Assembly: GCA_965216875.1 (NCBI GenBank)
Contig: OZ244207.1
Location: 7,104,001 to 7,168,000 of the forward strand
Origin: Rubripirellula sp.
Lineage (GTDB): Bacteria > Planctomycetota > Planctomycetia > Pirellulales > Pirellulaceae
Direction: 5' to 3'
Length of the DNA: 64,000 nucleotides
In this document: positions 28,996 to 42,260 of the stretch, piece by piece
Numbering within the stretch: the stretch's first letter is position 1
How the letters are laid out: the number at the start of each line of letters is the position of its first letter
Notes under the pieces: model-generated
Told to the model about the DNA's origin: nothing
The model's database searches: none
Seen by the model: the letters and a program-made list of their open reading frames with translations, nothing else
Made by a program: the position numbers and the translations under genes

Positions 28996-29649
28996 ATGAC
29001 TTCCAAAGCTGAAAATCGCCACACGAAACTGAAGAAGGTTGGTAACGTCGGGACGACGGTTGCCAAACACGCGATCTCGGTCACGACGCGTGTTTCCGAT
29101 ATCAAAGAGCTGGGTGTGATCGCCGCGGGCGCGGGGGCTGCCGTCTCGGCCACGGGTGGTGGTTTGGTCATCGCGGGCGGTGTCTTGCAAGTGATTGGCA
29201 TCGGCAAGAACAGCGTTGCCGCGGTCAAGTCACATAATCACATGAAGGGACTCGAAGACATCCAAGCGCGCGCCTCATCGCTAAACGTTTCCTGCAACGG
29301 CGAAGCGATGAAGCATCAGGCGATTGTGGCGAGCATCCTGCCCTACTTGATCGAACAAAAGAAAACCAAGCGGGATCGTCGCGTGCAGAAAGCGATTCCT
29401 TGCGTTGGGTTGCTCGAATCGATTCGCGCGGTTGGCAATTGGGCTTGGAAGAAGCACAAAGGTGAGCTTGGAAAGAAACGCTATGAGTTCGCGGAAATCC
29501 TCGCGTCCCATCTGACGGTAAGTGGTTGCGCATTGGCCGCCGAAATCGTTGCGGAACTGTACGACTTCGAATCGATGGTGTGGTTGCAATCGGCTTGCGA
29601 GCCTGGACTGGCGACCGAATTGATTGCTTCGAAGATGAAGTCGGTTTAA
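28996..29649 (+). CDS. Hypothetical basic protein with a Gly/Ala-rich hydrophobic segment (candidate T6SS cargo)
   Basis: 217 aa, no signal peptide; LGVIAAGAGAAVSATGGGLVIAGGVLQVIGIG; function unknown. Confidence 0.65.
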   Translation: MTSKAENRHTKLKKVGNVGTTVAKHAISVTTRVSDIKELGVIAAGAGAAVSATGGGLVIAGGVLQVIGIGKNSVAAVKSHNHMKGLEDIQARASSLNVSCNGEAMKHQAIVASILPYLIEQKKTKRDRRVQKAIPCVGLLESIRAVGNWAWKKHKGELGKKRYEFAEILASHLTVSGCALAAEIVAELYDFESMVWLQSACEPGLATELIASKMKSV

Positions 29650-29654
29650 CGCAG

Positions 29655-32600
29655 TTACCGTGTTGCCGACACTTCTGCAACTTCCGCATGAATGCTGCCG
29701 ACGATCGGCTGGTTCTTTTCGGTACGCATCGCACTCTGTTTCATTTCGGAAACCGGGCACACCCAGAACGTGACTCGGTCTTGAGTCGCTGTTTGATCAC
29801 GAGTGGGCTCTTGCGTGTGGCTGAGTTTGCGACGGAAGAAAGTGTGCACACTTGTGTGCCGCTTGGCGTCGTACCAATGAGTCTCGTCGCAGTGGTCGTC
29901 GTTCCCTGCTTTTACGATCAGCATTGAATCGGGCGTTGCACTGGCCGCGTATCGCAGGCGTAGTTGGAACCCGTCTTGGATCGGTTCGATTCGATACTCT
30001 ATGCCCGCAAGCGACGCGAGTGGTTTGTATTGATCGTTGCGGGTTTCGAGTTCGATCGTCATGCCGGTTGGTCGCTGGTCGCAAGTCCAAGCCTTCACTT
30101 CGTATTGCAACGCCTCTTCAGGCCAACGGCGACATTCAAATTGGCCAACGGGACAGACCGTCTCGTCAAGCCAAGCGACCGACCCGGTTCGGTAGACCGA
30201 AGTCGCATCGTTGACCCATGAATGGGCATTCTTTTGCGGTGTGACTTCGAGCCAAATCAGCTCGGGACGCCGCGCTACACGATGGTCTGTTCGTTGCAGC
30301 GAAAGTTGAAGACTGAGGTTGTTTCCGATGAGCTTGGGATGATGGATGGCCAACCGTCGCATCGAAGGTGTTTCGCTGGGATGGACCAACATCGAATCGG
30401 CGGACCAGCCCGAAAGGTAACGCTCCGCGATCGGCATGCCGCCAGCAGGGTCGGTATGCAATCGAATGTGGCTACCGGGTGAAACCGGCGCGATGATGGA
30501 TTGCGTCCCAATCGAAATGTTGACCAGCTCGTTTTCTTGTTCGATTCCGCTCACGGTGATGGTCTTGCCAATTGCGGCGGTGCTCCGCGAAGTGTTGGTT
30601 TCGACTTGGTAGGCGTGGGCGCTTGCAATCTGTTGTAGTTGGCCAAGCAAGTGATTCGCTTCGGTTGCGTCAACGCAAGCCTGCCCGCCAGTTCCTCGCG
30701 CGATCGCGTCAAACTGCTCGATCGCCTCGCGGTCGTTCTTGTCCAGTCCAAAGCCGATCACATGGACTCGAACATGGTTGGCGTTGGCGAGATTGACAAC
30801 CGAATCGAGAGAGACGTCGGCGTCGGGTCTCGGGTTGAATTGATAGTTCTTGCCGTCCGACACAACAACAACATCTTTGATGACGCCATCACCCAATCGA
30901 GTGACATCGTTGATGGCGGTGGTGATGGCAAGCAGCAGCGGAGTTTGCCCCCAGGGGGCGGTCGCAGCCAGGTGCTGACGCGCCTGGCTGAATTGTTCCG
31001 CGGCGAAGCGACCGGTTGGCAATGCAACTTCGACGTCTTCGAAGGGTTGCAGCGTGGGCGGGAATGGGAACTGTTTGTGGTAACGATTCTGAAGGATGAG
31101 TTCTTTGTCTTTGCCAAGTGCCATGCGATGGCCATAAAGGACGACGCCCACGTCGGTGTTGTCGAGCGTCAGTTGCCGGAGCATTTCGATCATGGCGGAT
31201 CGCGCGGCATCAAGCTTCGTTGCACCGAGTCCCGTCGCATGGCGGGCGATCTCGGGGTTGACCGGATCGTTCATCGATGCGGAGCAATCAAACACGAACG
31301 TGACGGCGCGACCGCGGGCAACGCCATCGACAAGGGTGACCTTTGCCGACCGGGGCGCAGCACGATTGTTGGCCGAAACGCCTCGCGAAGTGTCGGTAAT
31401 CGTGACGGGAGCCCAATAGGTGTGGCCGCGAAATCGGAAGGCTGCCTCGGCAGGGTCGCCGTTCCAAGACTTCATCGCGATGTGAGATTTGCGCGGCGCG
31501 TCGTCTTTATCCGACACGGCAAGACTGCGACCATCGGTCGTGTTGTGTTGGGTGACCGTCGCAATTCCCAACCCGACTGGCACTCGGCCTGAATTGGCTG
31601 CCAACTCAATCGAGATTTTGGCAGCTTTCACACCGCCGTCTGAATAGGAGGGGTCACTCGATGCCGACAACGAGAGACCGTGATCGGCACCCTTTACGTG
31701 CTCATTGAGTTGTTTTTCGATGTTTCGCTTGCGCGACGTCCATTGGTTGGAGTCAGGCAGGATCGCGTCGGCGGCATCGAGGAGTCGCGTTGCGGCGACG
31801 GCAAAGTGAGGTTTGTCAGCATCGCGGTCGGTGCGCCAAAAACCTTCCAATGCAACTTCGGCGCGGTCAGCCAATCGGAAGCGGCGCATTCGGTTTTGCG
31901 ATTGCGCGACGGTTTCGGAAAAGGAGCCATCGAGAGTGATGGCAACAACCCGTCGCCATTGCTGTGACGCAAGGTGGACTTCGATTTCAGGCGATGCCAA
32001 TTGATGCAAGCGTGTGCGCACAAGTCGCCCGGAGACTTGCGTCTCGTCGATTTCGAGCAGTTTTGCCAAGCAACGCGAACCAAGCGGCACGGAGGTGGTC
32101 AAGCGATTTTGTGACTCGTCGGCTGCGGCACTCGCGTTGGTTGCGGCAGTGACATTCGGCTTGGTAGACAAGTCTTGGTCAAGCTTTCGCAGTTGATGAC
32201 TAGCTCGCGTGCGTTCTTGAGGAGCACTTGGTAGACGAGGGCAACGGATCGCTCCGGCAAGCCGCCCGGCGGTTGCGCCGAGATGCCCCGATGCGGTTGC
32301 CTCGAGTTCGCGGAGAGCGGCGTCGTGCTTTTGTGTTAGCGACGCAACCGATTTTTCAATGCTTTGCGAGATCGCGATCGTTTCTTCGTGCCAAGTTTCG
32401 TTCCAGGTTTGCTTGCAGGATGCGAGTGAACTCAATCGGCGATCCAGACGAACGGTGTCTCCGATGGCGCGGACGATCCGCTGCGCTTCTTTCGAATCGG
32501 CGTCGACGCCGACCTCGTCGAGCCACTGGCACAGCGGCGGTAGTTCCACGAACGAAAGGTCGCGTATGCGGGATGCGGTCGCCAGGTCGTTCATCACGTT

Positions 32601-34217
32601 GGTTTGCGCATCGACTGTGGCCGCATACTTGCGCACGATTGCATTGATGTCCGCTTTCGAAACCTCTCCGTTGCGAATGTCGGCGATGACGGTATCGGCC
32701 AAGATTCGCCACTGCGTTTCCGCAGGCTGGGCCAGGTGGTTGGCGGCGGGGAAAAGCGAATCGGGTTGTTCGCGAAGCGTTTCAAGCCATCGAGCTCGCG
32801 TGTTGGCGACCGATTGAATGGACGACGCATCCTGCCAAAACAGCGAATGATCGTTCGCCGCCATCAAGTGCAAAGCGGGAACCGGTGTCAATTGATCCTT
32901 CGCGATCGAATCAATCGCACCGCGGACCGTTTCAAGTGAGGGTCGCTTGGCGATCGCGTTCCAGATTGTCGAAGCGGCACGAAGGGATTGCAGGTCCGGG
33001 CAACCGGCCGAGGCTTGCTGGTGGCTGTGTTGCATCTGTTGCAACTGAGTCAATTGGCGATCGAGCCGGTTGTACCATCGTTCGCTTGATCGGCGAGCCG
33101 CGATGCCGCCATAGGTGGATTGCCCGAGCGCATGCAGCGTTCGCTGAATTTGCGCCCATTGGTGCATCGCGTTTTCGAGCGGAAACGTATCCCGTATTTC
33201 ATCCGCTTTGGCCATCGCGGCATCGAATCGCTCGATGGAAGCCGGACTCGGTGCCGCGGTGCGTTTAGTCGGCAGACCGGTTGCATCAGGGTCGACCTGT
33301 CCCAGCAACACATGACGCGTCGCGCCCGTAGCGTAGAGGGTTGGTGACTGCAGTTTCCCACGATGCTTGATCGACCATCGCTCGGTGTGGTGGCGCACAA
33401 ACTGAAAGAGTTCCTCGGAATCAACCCAGCCATCGTGCTGCGAATGTTCGAAACCGTCGGCAGCGCCGGTGAGCCCTTGTGCCAAGAAGCTGGTAAAGAT
33501 GTCACCTTGTCCGAGCTGTGAATGGAGGCTGCGTTGCCGTGATGCACACGACGACATCACCACGACGCGCGAATCGGGGTGACGCTGGTGATGGTCTTGG
33601 ACCAACAGGCGAAGCCGATTGTCGAAATCGTTTTCAGCGATTCCAGCCGACCATTGCGATCGAAGTTTGCCACACTCCAATAGCAACAAAGCAGGTTTGT
33701 TGTGACGTGCTGATTGGGTGGCTGCGATGCGGTCAAGAAGCAGACGAACAGGAAACCAAGTTGACGCGTCATCGGCGGTTGCGTTCGGCGGGATCCAACA
33801 GGGCTGGCCTTGATCGTCGACGGCGCCGTGCAAGTTGATGTAAAAGACAACGGCGCTGGCACCCGGTGCTGAAAAGGCATCATCGATCCGCGTATCGGCT
33901 TTGTCCCAGAAACCAGCGGCCAAGCGATCGATCGACGAAAGTGATTGAACTTGAAACGATCGTGCGCCAAGCGACTGGATGTGCCCCAGGTCTTCTTCGA
34001 CCCAGGCATTGAGATCCCAGTTGGGACCGTACGACGACGTGAGCGTCAGGATCGGAGTTCGTTCGGGGCGGGCCAACAGGTGGGTAGCGAAGGCGATCAA
34101 CACCATCGAAAGCGCGCAAAGGCAGAGCCCGATTCGAATCGGTCGTCGCTGCCTACGGTGCGAGCTGGTATTGATCAAGTATTCGTTGCGACTCCTACGA
34201 CCGGCAAAGGTTGCCAA
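29655..34217 (-). CDS. Giant membrane-anchored protein with caspase-like (C14) and vWA domains (start uncertain)
   Basis: Arg-rich N-terminus plus TM; VFYINLHG, LLLLECG, VVMSSC, IFTSFLAQGLTGAAD...DGWVDSEEL...QSP (caspase-fold order); vWA MIDAS FVFDCSASM, GQTPL, VVVSDG, VHVIGFG. Confidence 0.8.
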   Translation of the reverse strand: MATFAGRRSRNEYLINTSSHRRQRRPIRIGLCLCALSMVLIAFATHLLARPERTPILTLTSSYGPNWDLNAWVEEDLGHIQSLGARSFQVQSLSSIDRLAAGFWDKADTRIDDAFSAPGASAVVFYINLHGAVDDQGQPCWIPPNATADDASTWFPVRLLLDRIAATQSARHNKPALLLLECGKLRSQWSAGIAENDFDNRLRLLVQDHHQRHPDSRVVVMSSCASRQRSLHSQLGQGDIFTSFLAQGLTGAADGFEHSQHDGWVDSEELFQFVRHHTERWSIKHRGKLQSPTLYATGATRHVLLGQVDPDATGLPTKRTAAPSPASIERFDAAMAKADEIRDTFPLENAMHQWAQIQRTLHALGQSTYGGIAARRSSERWYNRLDRQLTQLQQMQHSHQQASAGCPDLQSLRAASTIWNAIAKRPSLETVRGAIDSIAKDQLTPVPALHLMAANDHSLFWQDASSIQSVANTRARWLETLREQPDSLFPAANHLAQPAETQWRILADTVIADIRNGEVSKADINAIVRKYAATVDAQTNVMNDLATASRIRDLSFVELPPLCQWLDEVGVDADSKEAQRIVRAIGDTVRLDRRLSSLASCKQTWNETWHEETIAISQSIEKSVASLTQKHDAALRELEATASGHLGATAGRLAGAIRCPRLPSAPQERTRASHQLRKLDQDLSTKPNVTAATNASAAADESQNRLTTSVPLGSRCLAKLLEIDETQVSGRLVRTRLHQLASPEIEVHLASQQWRRVVAITLDGSFSETVAQSQNRMRRFRLADRAEVALEGFWRTDRDADKPHFAVAATRLLDAADAILPDSNQWTSRKRNIEKQLNEHVKGADHGLSLSASSDPSYSDGGVKAAKISIELAANSGRVPVGLGIATVTQHNTTDGRSLAVSDKDDAPRKSHIAMKSWNGDPAEAAFRFRGHTYWAPVTITDTSRGVSANNRAAPRSAKVTLVDGVARGRAVTFVFDCSASMNDPVNPEIARHATGLGATKLDAARSAMIEMLRQLTLDNTDVGVVLYGHRMALGKDKELILQNRYHKQFPFPPTLQPFEDVEVALPTGRFAAEQFSQARQHLAATAPWGQTPLLLAITTAINDVTRLGDGVIKDVVVVSDGKNYQFNPRPDADVSLDSVVNLANANHVRVHVIGFGLDKNDREAIEQFDAIARGTGGQACVDATEANHLLGQLQQIASAHAYQVETNTSRSTAAIGKTITVSGIEQENELVNISIGTQSIIAPVSPGSHIRLHTDPAGGMPIAERYLSGWSADSMLVHPSETPSMRRLAIHHPKLIGNNLSLQLSLQRTDHRVARRPELIWLEVTPQKNAHSWVNDATSVYRTGSVAWLDETVCPVGQFECRRWPEEALQYEVKAWTCDQRPTGMTIELETRNDQYKPLASLAGIEYRIEPIQDGFQLRLRYAASATPDSMLIVKAGNDDHCDETHWYDAKRHTSVHTFFRRKLSHTQEPTRDQTATQDRVTFWVCPVSEMKQSAMRTEKNQPIVGSIHAEVAEVSATR

Positions 34218-34597
34218 CCAAGATCGAGGCTTGAGTTTGAGAGACCTCCATCAACATCGGAAAATCGCAACGATCGACATGCTAGGCACAATCGAAAATA
34301 CGGGAACGGCGTTCGGTCGGGGTTGCTACGATCGACACGATTGGAACAACCCGACCGCGGGCTACGTGACAGTCGGGACCTCGGCATGTCGTCCCGCTTT
34401 AGGCCAGGGCTCGCAACGACGAAGACACGCGCCGATTGCCGCTTTTTGCGGGGTTGCTGGGAGACGTCAGCGGAAAAAATTGACGGAATCCCTCAAGCGT
34501 CCTCTAATAAGGGTGCCCGTCGCTGCAGGTGCCAGCACTGACCGGTTCCACTGATGACGGACCTTTTCTCTTCTCCTATTGATCAGGCGTCCATTCC

Positions 34598-36337
34598 ATG
34601 GCGAATGCAACGCTCCCTCAACAACGTGTTGATCGTTCACGTGCGCGGCGCTTGCGCAGTGCTGAAAGTGCAACAAAGGGTTTGAGCTGCGCGCCGCCGC
34701 TTCAGCGCAGCGAGGATGCTGATTCGGGGCCGACTCCCAGCCGATGGACCTGGGTTTGGAGTGTGCTGTTTCATTGTGTGCTGCTGTTGGTGTTGGCCAT
34801 GTTCGCCGTCGGCGCAACAACAAAACCGCCGCCGATGGTCATCGGTCGTGCGATGAGTGCGACCGAGATGGATGCACTGCACGTCTTTGACTTGGATCAG
34901 GCGACACCCGAGTCGACGACGCTTGAGGACCAAGCGTCGGCGATCGAGATTCCACCAACGGTTGACGTGTCGCTTCCGGCGCTGGCGATGGTTGTCGAGA
35001 AACCGGCAAGCCGTGTCGATTTTTCGAGCGAGTTGTCGACAAACGTGCTTGCCGAGGTTCTGCCGAACACGGAAGTGCGGTTTGACCAGTCGCCATGGCT
35101 GGCAAAGCAAGACGCTTGGATTCGTGACCCCGAGCCAATTCCACTCGGTCATTTTGAGTTGCAGGGTCGGGCCGAGCGGCGCGTTCAGTTTTCGACGGTT
35201 GAAAAAGACTACATGATCAACCGCGCACTGAATTGGCTTGCGCGACACCAGGCGAGTGATGGCAGTTGGTGTTTTGATCATCAAGGCGGTGAGTGCCGCG
35301 GCCGTTGTGGGAACCCAGGTAGCCATCGTGCTGCGCGCAACGCGGCGACCGGTATGGCACTGTTGCCGTTCCTCGGTGCCGGACATTCGCCGGACCATGG
35401 AAAGTACAAAGAGGTTGTCTCCAATGGAATCAATTACCTGATCAAGCACTCGAGAACGCAGGAGAGCTTGTGGCAGCCGCAGGGGCGCATGTATGGCCAA
35501 GGCATCGCAACGCTGGCATTGTGTGAATGTTACGGCATCATGTCGCTGTCACCGAGTGAGCTGAACGCAACGAAGAAATCGGGAGTCGATATCGAGCAAT
35601 TGCGTTATGCAGCCGAGGCGGCGATCTACTACATCGTTCACGCGCAAGCTTCCGGCGGTGGTTGGCGATACATGCCGCGACAACGCGGCGATACGTCGGT
35701 CGTTGGTTGGCAAATCATGGCGCTCAAAAGCGCGCAAGACGCCGGACTCTCGACTTACCCGAAAACGCTTGATGGTGCCCAGCGATTTCTCGATCGTGTT
35801 CAGGTCCAGGTTGAAGGTGATCCGTCCTACGGCAAAGTGGGAACTGTGTATGCCTACACCGCCAGTAAGAATATCCAAACGCCAGCGACGACGGCGATCG
35901 GATTGACCTGCCGAATTTACCTGGGCACTTCTCCCCATCACCCTGGAATGAAAATCGCGGTCGCGCGAATGGCAGACCGTGGGCCGATTCTGGGCAACAT
36001 GTACTACAACGTCTATGCCAACCAAGTGATGTTCCAGCATGGTGGCGCGGCCTGGCAACAGTGGGATGCAATGTTGGTGAATCAACTTGGGCGGACGCAA
36101 AGCAACGATGGGCACGAGGAAGGCAGCTGGTTCTTTGGCAACGTCGACCATGGTGGATCGGCAGGCGGGCGGCTTTATGCGACGGCGATGTCGTGTCTTT
36201 GCTTAGAAGAAACGTTTCGGCATTTGCCAATCTATCGGCAAAACAAAGAGGCTGCGTTTCTGGCAGGTTTCCAAGGCCGTGAGAAAGAGCTAGTGGCCCA
36301 GCCGATGCCGGCCAAGCCCGCATTTGACGAACAATGA
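34598..36337 (+). CDS. Prenyltransferase/squalene-oxidase-repeat (alpha/alpha toroid) protein with an N-terminal TM
   Basis: ALNWLARHQASDGSW, ATGMALLPFLGAG, MYGQGIATLALCE, GGWRY...DTSVVGWQIMALKS, GGRLYATAMS. Confidence 0.82.
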   Translation: MANATLPQQRVDRSRARRLRSAESATKGLSCAPPLQRSEDADSGPTPSRWTWVWSVLFHCVLLLVLAMFAVGATTKPPPMVIGRAMSATEMDALHVFDLDQATPESTTLEDQASAIEIPPTVDVSLPALAMVVEKPASRVDFSSELSTNVLAEVLPNTEVRFDQSPWLAKQDAWIRDPEPIPLGHFELQGRAERRVQFSTVEKDYMINRALNWLARHQASDGSWCFDHQGGECRGRCGNPGSHRAARNAATGMALLPFLGAGHSPDHGKYKEVVSNGINYLIKHSRTQESLWQPQGRMYGQGIATLALCECYGIMSLSPSELNATKKSGVDIEQLRYAAEAAIYYIVHAQASGGGWRYMPRQRGDTSVVGWQIMALKSAQDAGLSTYPKTLDGAQRFLDRVQVQVEGDPSYGKVGTVYAYTASKNIQTPATTAIGLTCRIYLGTSPHHPGMKIAVARMADRGPILGNMYYNVYANQVMFQHGGAAWQQWDAMLVNQLGRTQSNDGHEEGSWFFGNVDHGGSAGGRLYATAMSCLCLEETFRHLPIYRQNKEAAFLAGFQGREKELVAQPMPAKPAFDEQ

Positions 36338-37593
36338 ACACACCCCATTCATTGCGCGGGGTGGTCGGGATTGCGTTGCTCGTTCTGTGTGGCAACGCAA
36401 ACGCTCAAGTCTTTCGCCAACATGCCAAGGTCAAGGTCACCGCACCGACACGCTACGACTGGGGATTGGTCGTCACGGGCGTGAGTCCAAGCGAAAGTCC
36501 CGAGAATCTCACGCCCGACTACGAATCGACTTTGCAGCGATTTGACATGTACGCGCCGGTGCGGCCTGTGGGCGACGACCCCCTTCCCGTGATCGTCTTT
36601 ATTTCGTTTCGCGATACACCATTTGGCTGGGAACAGTTGGGGCCGACCTGCGTGCGAGAGGGCGTGATTTTTGTTGCTCCCTATGGAGTCGGGAATTCAC
36701 AGTCGAGCGCCAGACGTATCCGCATCACACTCGATTGTCTCGATGAAGTCGGCCGACGCTATCGAGTCGACCCCGATCAAATCTATCTCGCCGGCTACAG
36801 TGGTGGTGGCTATATCGCGGCGCGGATCGCAACGATGTTGCCCGAGTTCGTCGGCGGAGTCATCGCGTCCAACATGGTGGTGCAACCACCGGCGACGCCT
36901 TGGCAACGTGATCGAGTGGCCAACCGGCTTAGCGTCGCGTCCATCGTTGGTGAAAATGAGCCGGCAGGATTGCACATGAATCGCGTCGTGTTTCCGTTTC
37001 TAGAGCGGATGGGGGTTCACGCGAGTTGCCAAGTCTTGCCAAGACATGGTCACAACGCGCCGCCAGCGGCGCCCTTTGATGCGGCCTATCGCTTTCTCAA
37101 ACAAGGCATACCGACTCGCCGCGATTCGGCAGCCGAGCGACCGGCACTTCGAATTTCGGTTGAGACAACACGCAACAAGTGGGCCGAGCGAGCGTTTCAG
37201 GATGCACAGAAACAATTAGCAAGCGCCGACGAGATGGCTCGCACGTTGGGAATTCTGCGAGAGATTCGGCGGCGATGGCCCGACCTGCCACAAGCAGCCG
37301 AGGCGGAGGCCTTGATCAATCGCACGCGGCAGCAGCACCCCGAGCAGCCGTGGCTCGATGAAGAGCAAACGCAGAAACTCAACGAGTCGCGGTTTCTTGC
37401 GGGAGCATACGATTCGGCCGCGACGGCTCGAGCCAAACTCGGCAAGCAGGATCGAGCTGCTTTCGCGATGTCGGCGATCGCAAGTTATGAGTTTGTTGCA
37501 AAGTCGGCCGACGACGTCCAGGAAGTTCGTCGAGCGAGAGAGCGGATCGAAGCGCTGCGTCCATTCACTTCGTTCCTGCCGACGCGCAAATAG
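36334..37593 (+). CDS. Exported alpha/beta-hydrolase-fold protein (esterase/depolymerase-like)
   Basis: Signal peptide; VDPDQIYLAGYSGGG nucleophile elbow; downstream GH; overlaps the upstream stop (ATGA). Confidence 0.72.
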   Translation: MNTPHSLRGVVGIALLVLCGNANAQVFRQHAKVKVTAPTRYDWGLVVTGVSPSESPENLTPDYESTLQRFDMYAPVRPVGDDPLPVIVFISFRDTPFGWEQLGPTCVREGVIFVAPYGVGNSQSSARRIRITLDCLDEVGRRYRVDPDQIYLAGYSGGGYIAARIATMLPEFVGGVIASNMVVQPPATPWQRDRVANRLSVASIVGENEPAGLHMNRVVFPFLERMGVHASCQVLPRHGHNAPPAAPFDAAYRFLKQGIPTRRDSAAERPALRISVETTRNKWAERAFQDAQKQLASADEMARTLGILREIRRRWPDLPQAAEAEALINRTRQQHPEQPWLDEEQTQKLNESRFLAGAYDSAATARAKLGKQDRAAFAMSAIASYEFVAKSADDVQEVRRARERIEALRPFTSFLPTRK

Positions 37594-37603
37594 GCAGCAG
37601 CGA

Positions 37604-38452
37604 TTAGGTTTGCGAGACAGAAGGGGCTTCGAAGGAGGCGGGCACCATGATCACGCAGCGGCAATCGACGTTCAGAATCTGCGTTCCATTGTCGAGTTCG
37701 GCGAGCGGTTGGTCCCAGTGTGCGTGACCTCGGATGACGAGCGTCGGATCAAAGGCACGTAGCAGTTCGCGAACGCGCGCGGATCCTTTGCCCGGGCCGT
37801 CGGGTTGGTCGGGGCCGTCATGCAGCACAAGCACATCGGGTTGGTCCAGCACGGCCTGCTCGATCGCACGCGCGTAGTCGTCGTCGCTGTACCGCCAGTG
37901 ACGCCGCGGGTTCCCGATGATTCCGCTGACCCCGTAGAAAGAAAGCCCCGCCAGGTCGCAACCACGTTGGTCGAGAAAGTGCGAACGCGAGGAAATCGAG
38001 TGCGCTGGGCGCGGGAACTCGCCAAAGGTGTCGTGGTTACCAGCAACGCCGACTGTCCAGTCAAAGTACCTCGCAAATTCCTGCCACACCTGACTGACGT
38101 CGCCTGTGCCGCCCCGTTTGTCTAACAGAGGAACGGTATAGAAGTCTCCGGCCAGAATCACGCCGGTCGCGCCATCGGCCGGAGCGTATTGCGGAAGGAG
38201 CTGGTCGTGTAATTGGTACGGAAGGACTTCGCCCAGCAGACGTGGGGGGTGACCGCATGCATTTTCGAATGTCTCGCGGCCTTGGAGGTCGGCGGTCGCG
38301 ACGATGGCTCGCACGCCAGCGGGAAAAGGATCGACCTGGGCAATTTGGACCGGCAATCGATCGACGTAGAAACCCCCCACGCCCCTGCCCGCATTGAGGA
38401 AGGGGATTTCGGTCACAGGCTGACTGAGAGAGACGATACGCATGGAAACCAA
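37604..38452 (-). CDS. Calcineurin-like metallophosphoesterase
   Basis: ADLQG, LAGDF, GNHD, LHD and GHAH motifs. Confidence 0.85.
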   Translation of the reverse strand: MVSMRIVSLSQPVTEIPFLNAGRGVGGFYVDRLPVQIAQVDPFPAGVRAIVATADLQGRETFENACGHPPRLLGEVLPYQLHDQLLPQYAPADGATGVILAGDFYTVPLLDKRGGTGDVSQVWQEFARYFDWTVGVAGNHDTFGEFPRPAHSISSRSHFLDQRGCDLAGLSFYGVSGIIGNPRRHWRYSDDDYARAIEQAVLDQPDVLVLHDGPDQPDGPGKGSARVRELLRAFDPTLVIRGHAHWDQPLAELDNGTQILNVDCRCVIMVPASFEAPSVSQT

Positions 38453-38872
38453 AGGGGTGCTAAAGGGCGTCGCTACCTTCGGCAGAGGTGGAATTTGTTG
38501 GGAGGCCGGCCGTCGATCACCCTAATGTTTGGGCAAGCGTTGCCGGGGGTGATCGGGGAGCGTGGCGACGGCGATTTGCGGCACGGCGCGTCGCTGGATC
38601 GAAGGGGGGCGATTCCATCTCCAGAGGCAGACACGGGGCTCGCGGGGCCGGTTCGCCGTGAAGGTGAGAATGTGAAGGATTGACGTCCTCTACGTTCGGC
38701 GATTTTTTTGCTATTCTGCTCCGCAATTTGGACAGCGCTTCCGAAAGACCCCAAAGCCCGCGATTGAGCGGCTTTTGCGCCACCGCCCGAATCGGCGAGA
38801 TGTGGCTAGGGTTGGACCGCGCGCCAATGACGTTCTTTCTCAACGCCATCCCACCTCGCCGGAAGCCGATCA

Positions 38873-42127
<3,255 letters not shown>

Positions 42128-42216
42128 AACGCTAAGGCGATCCCTGAGGTGGGATCGCATGAGGCTGAATGGTTGTGATCAAACTCATTGGGTTTGACCC
42201 AGAACTGTCAGCGCAT

Positions 42217-42260
42217 AAAAAAAGAGTTCCCGCGGGTGGGGCAGCGACCCGCAGGAACTC
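42217..42260 (-). terminator. Rho-independent terminator (minus strand)
   Basis: GAGTTCCTGCGGGT-loop-ACCCGCGGGAACTC followed by TTTTTTT; 14-bp stem with one G-U pair on the minus strand. Confidence 0.75.

Noticed and set aside
34598..36337. Squalene-hopene cyclase
   Set aside because: Has QW-like repeats but only one toroid domain and no DXDD catalytic motif
37604..38452. T6SS phosphatase PppA
   Set aside because: Calcineurin-like motifs rather than PP2C; separate transcription unit
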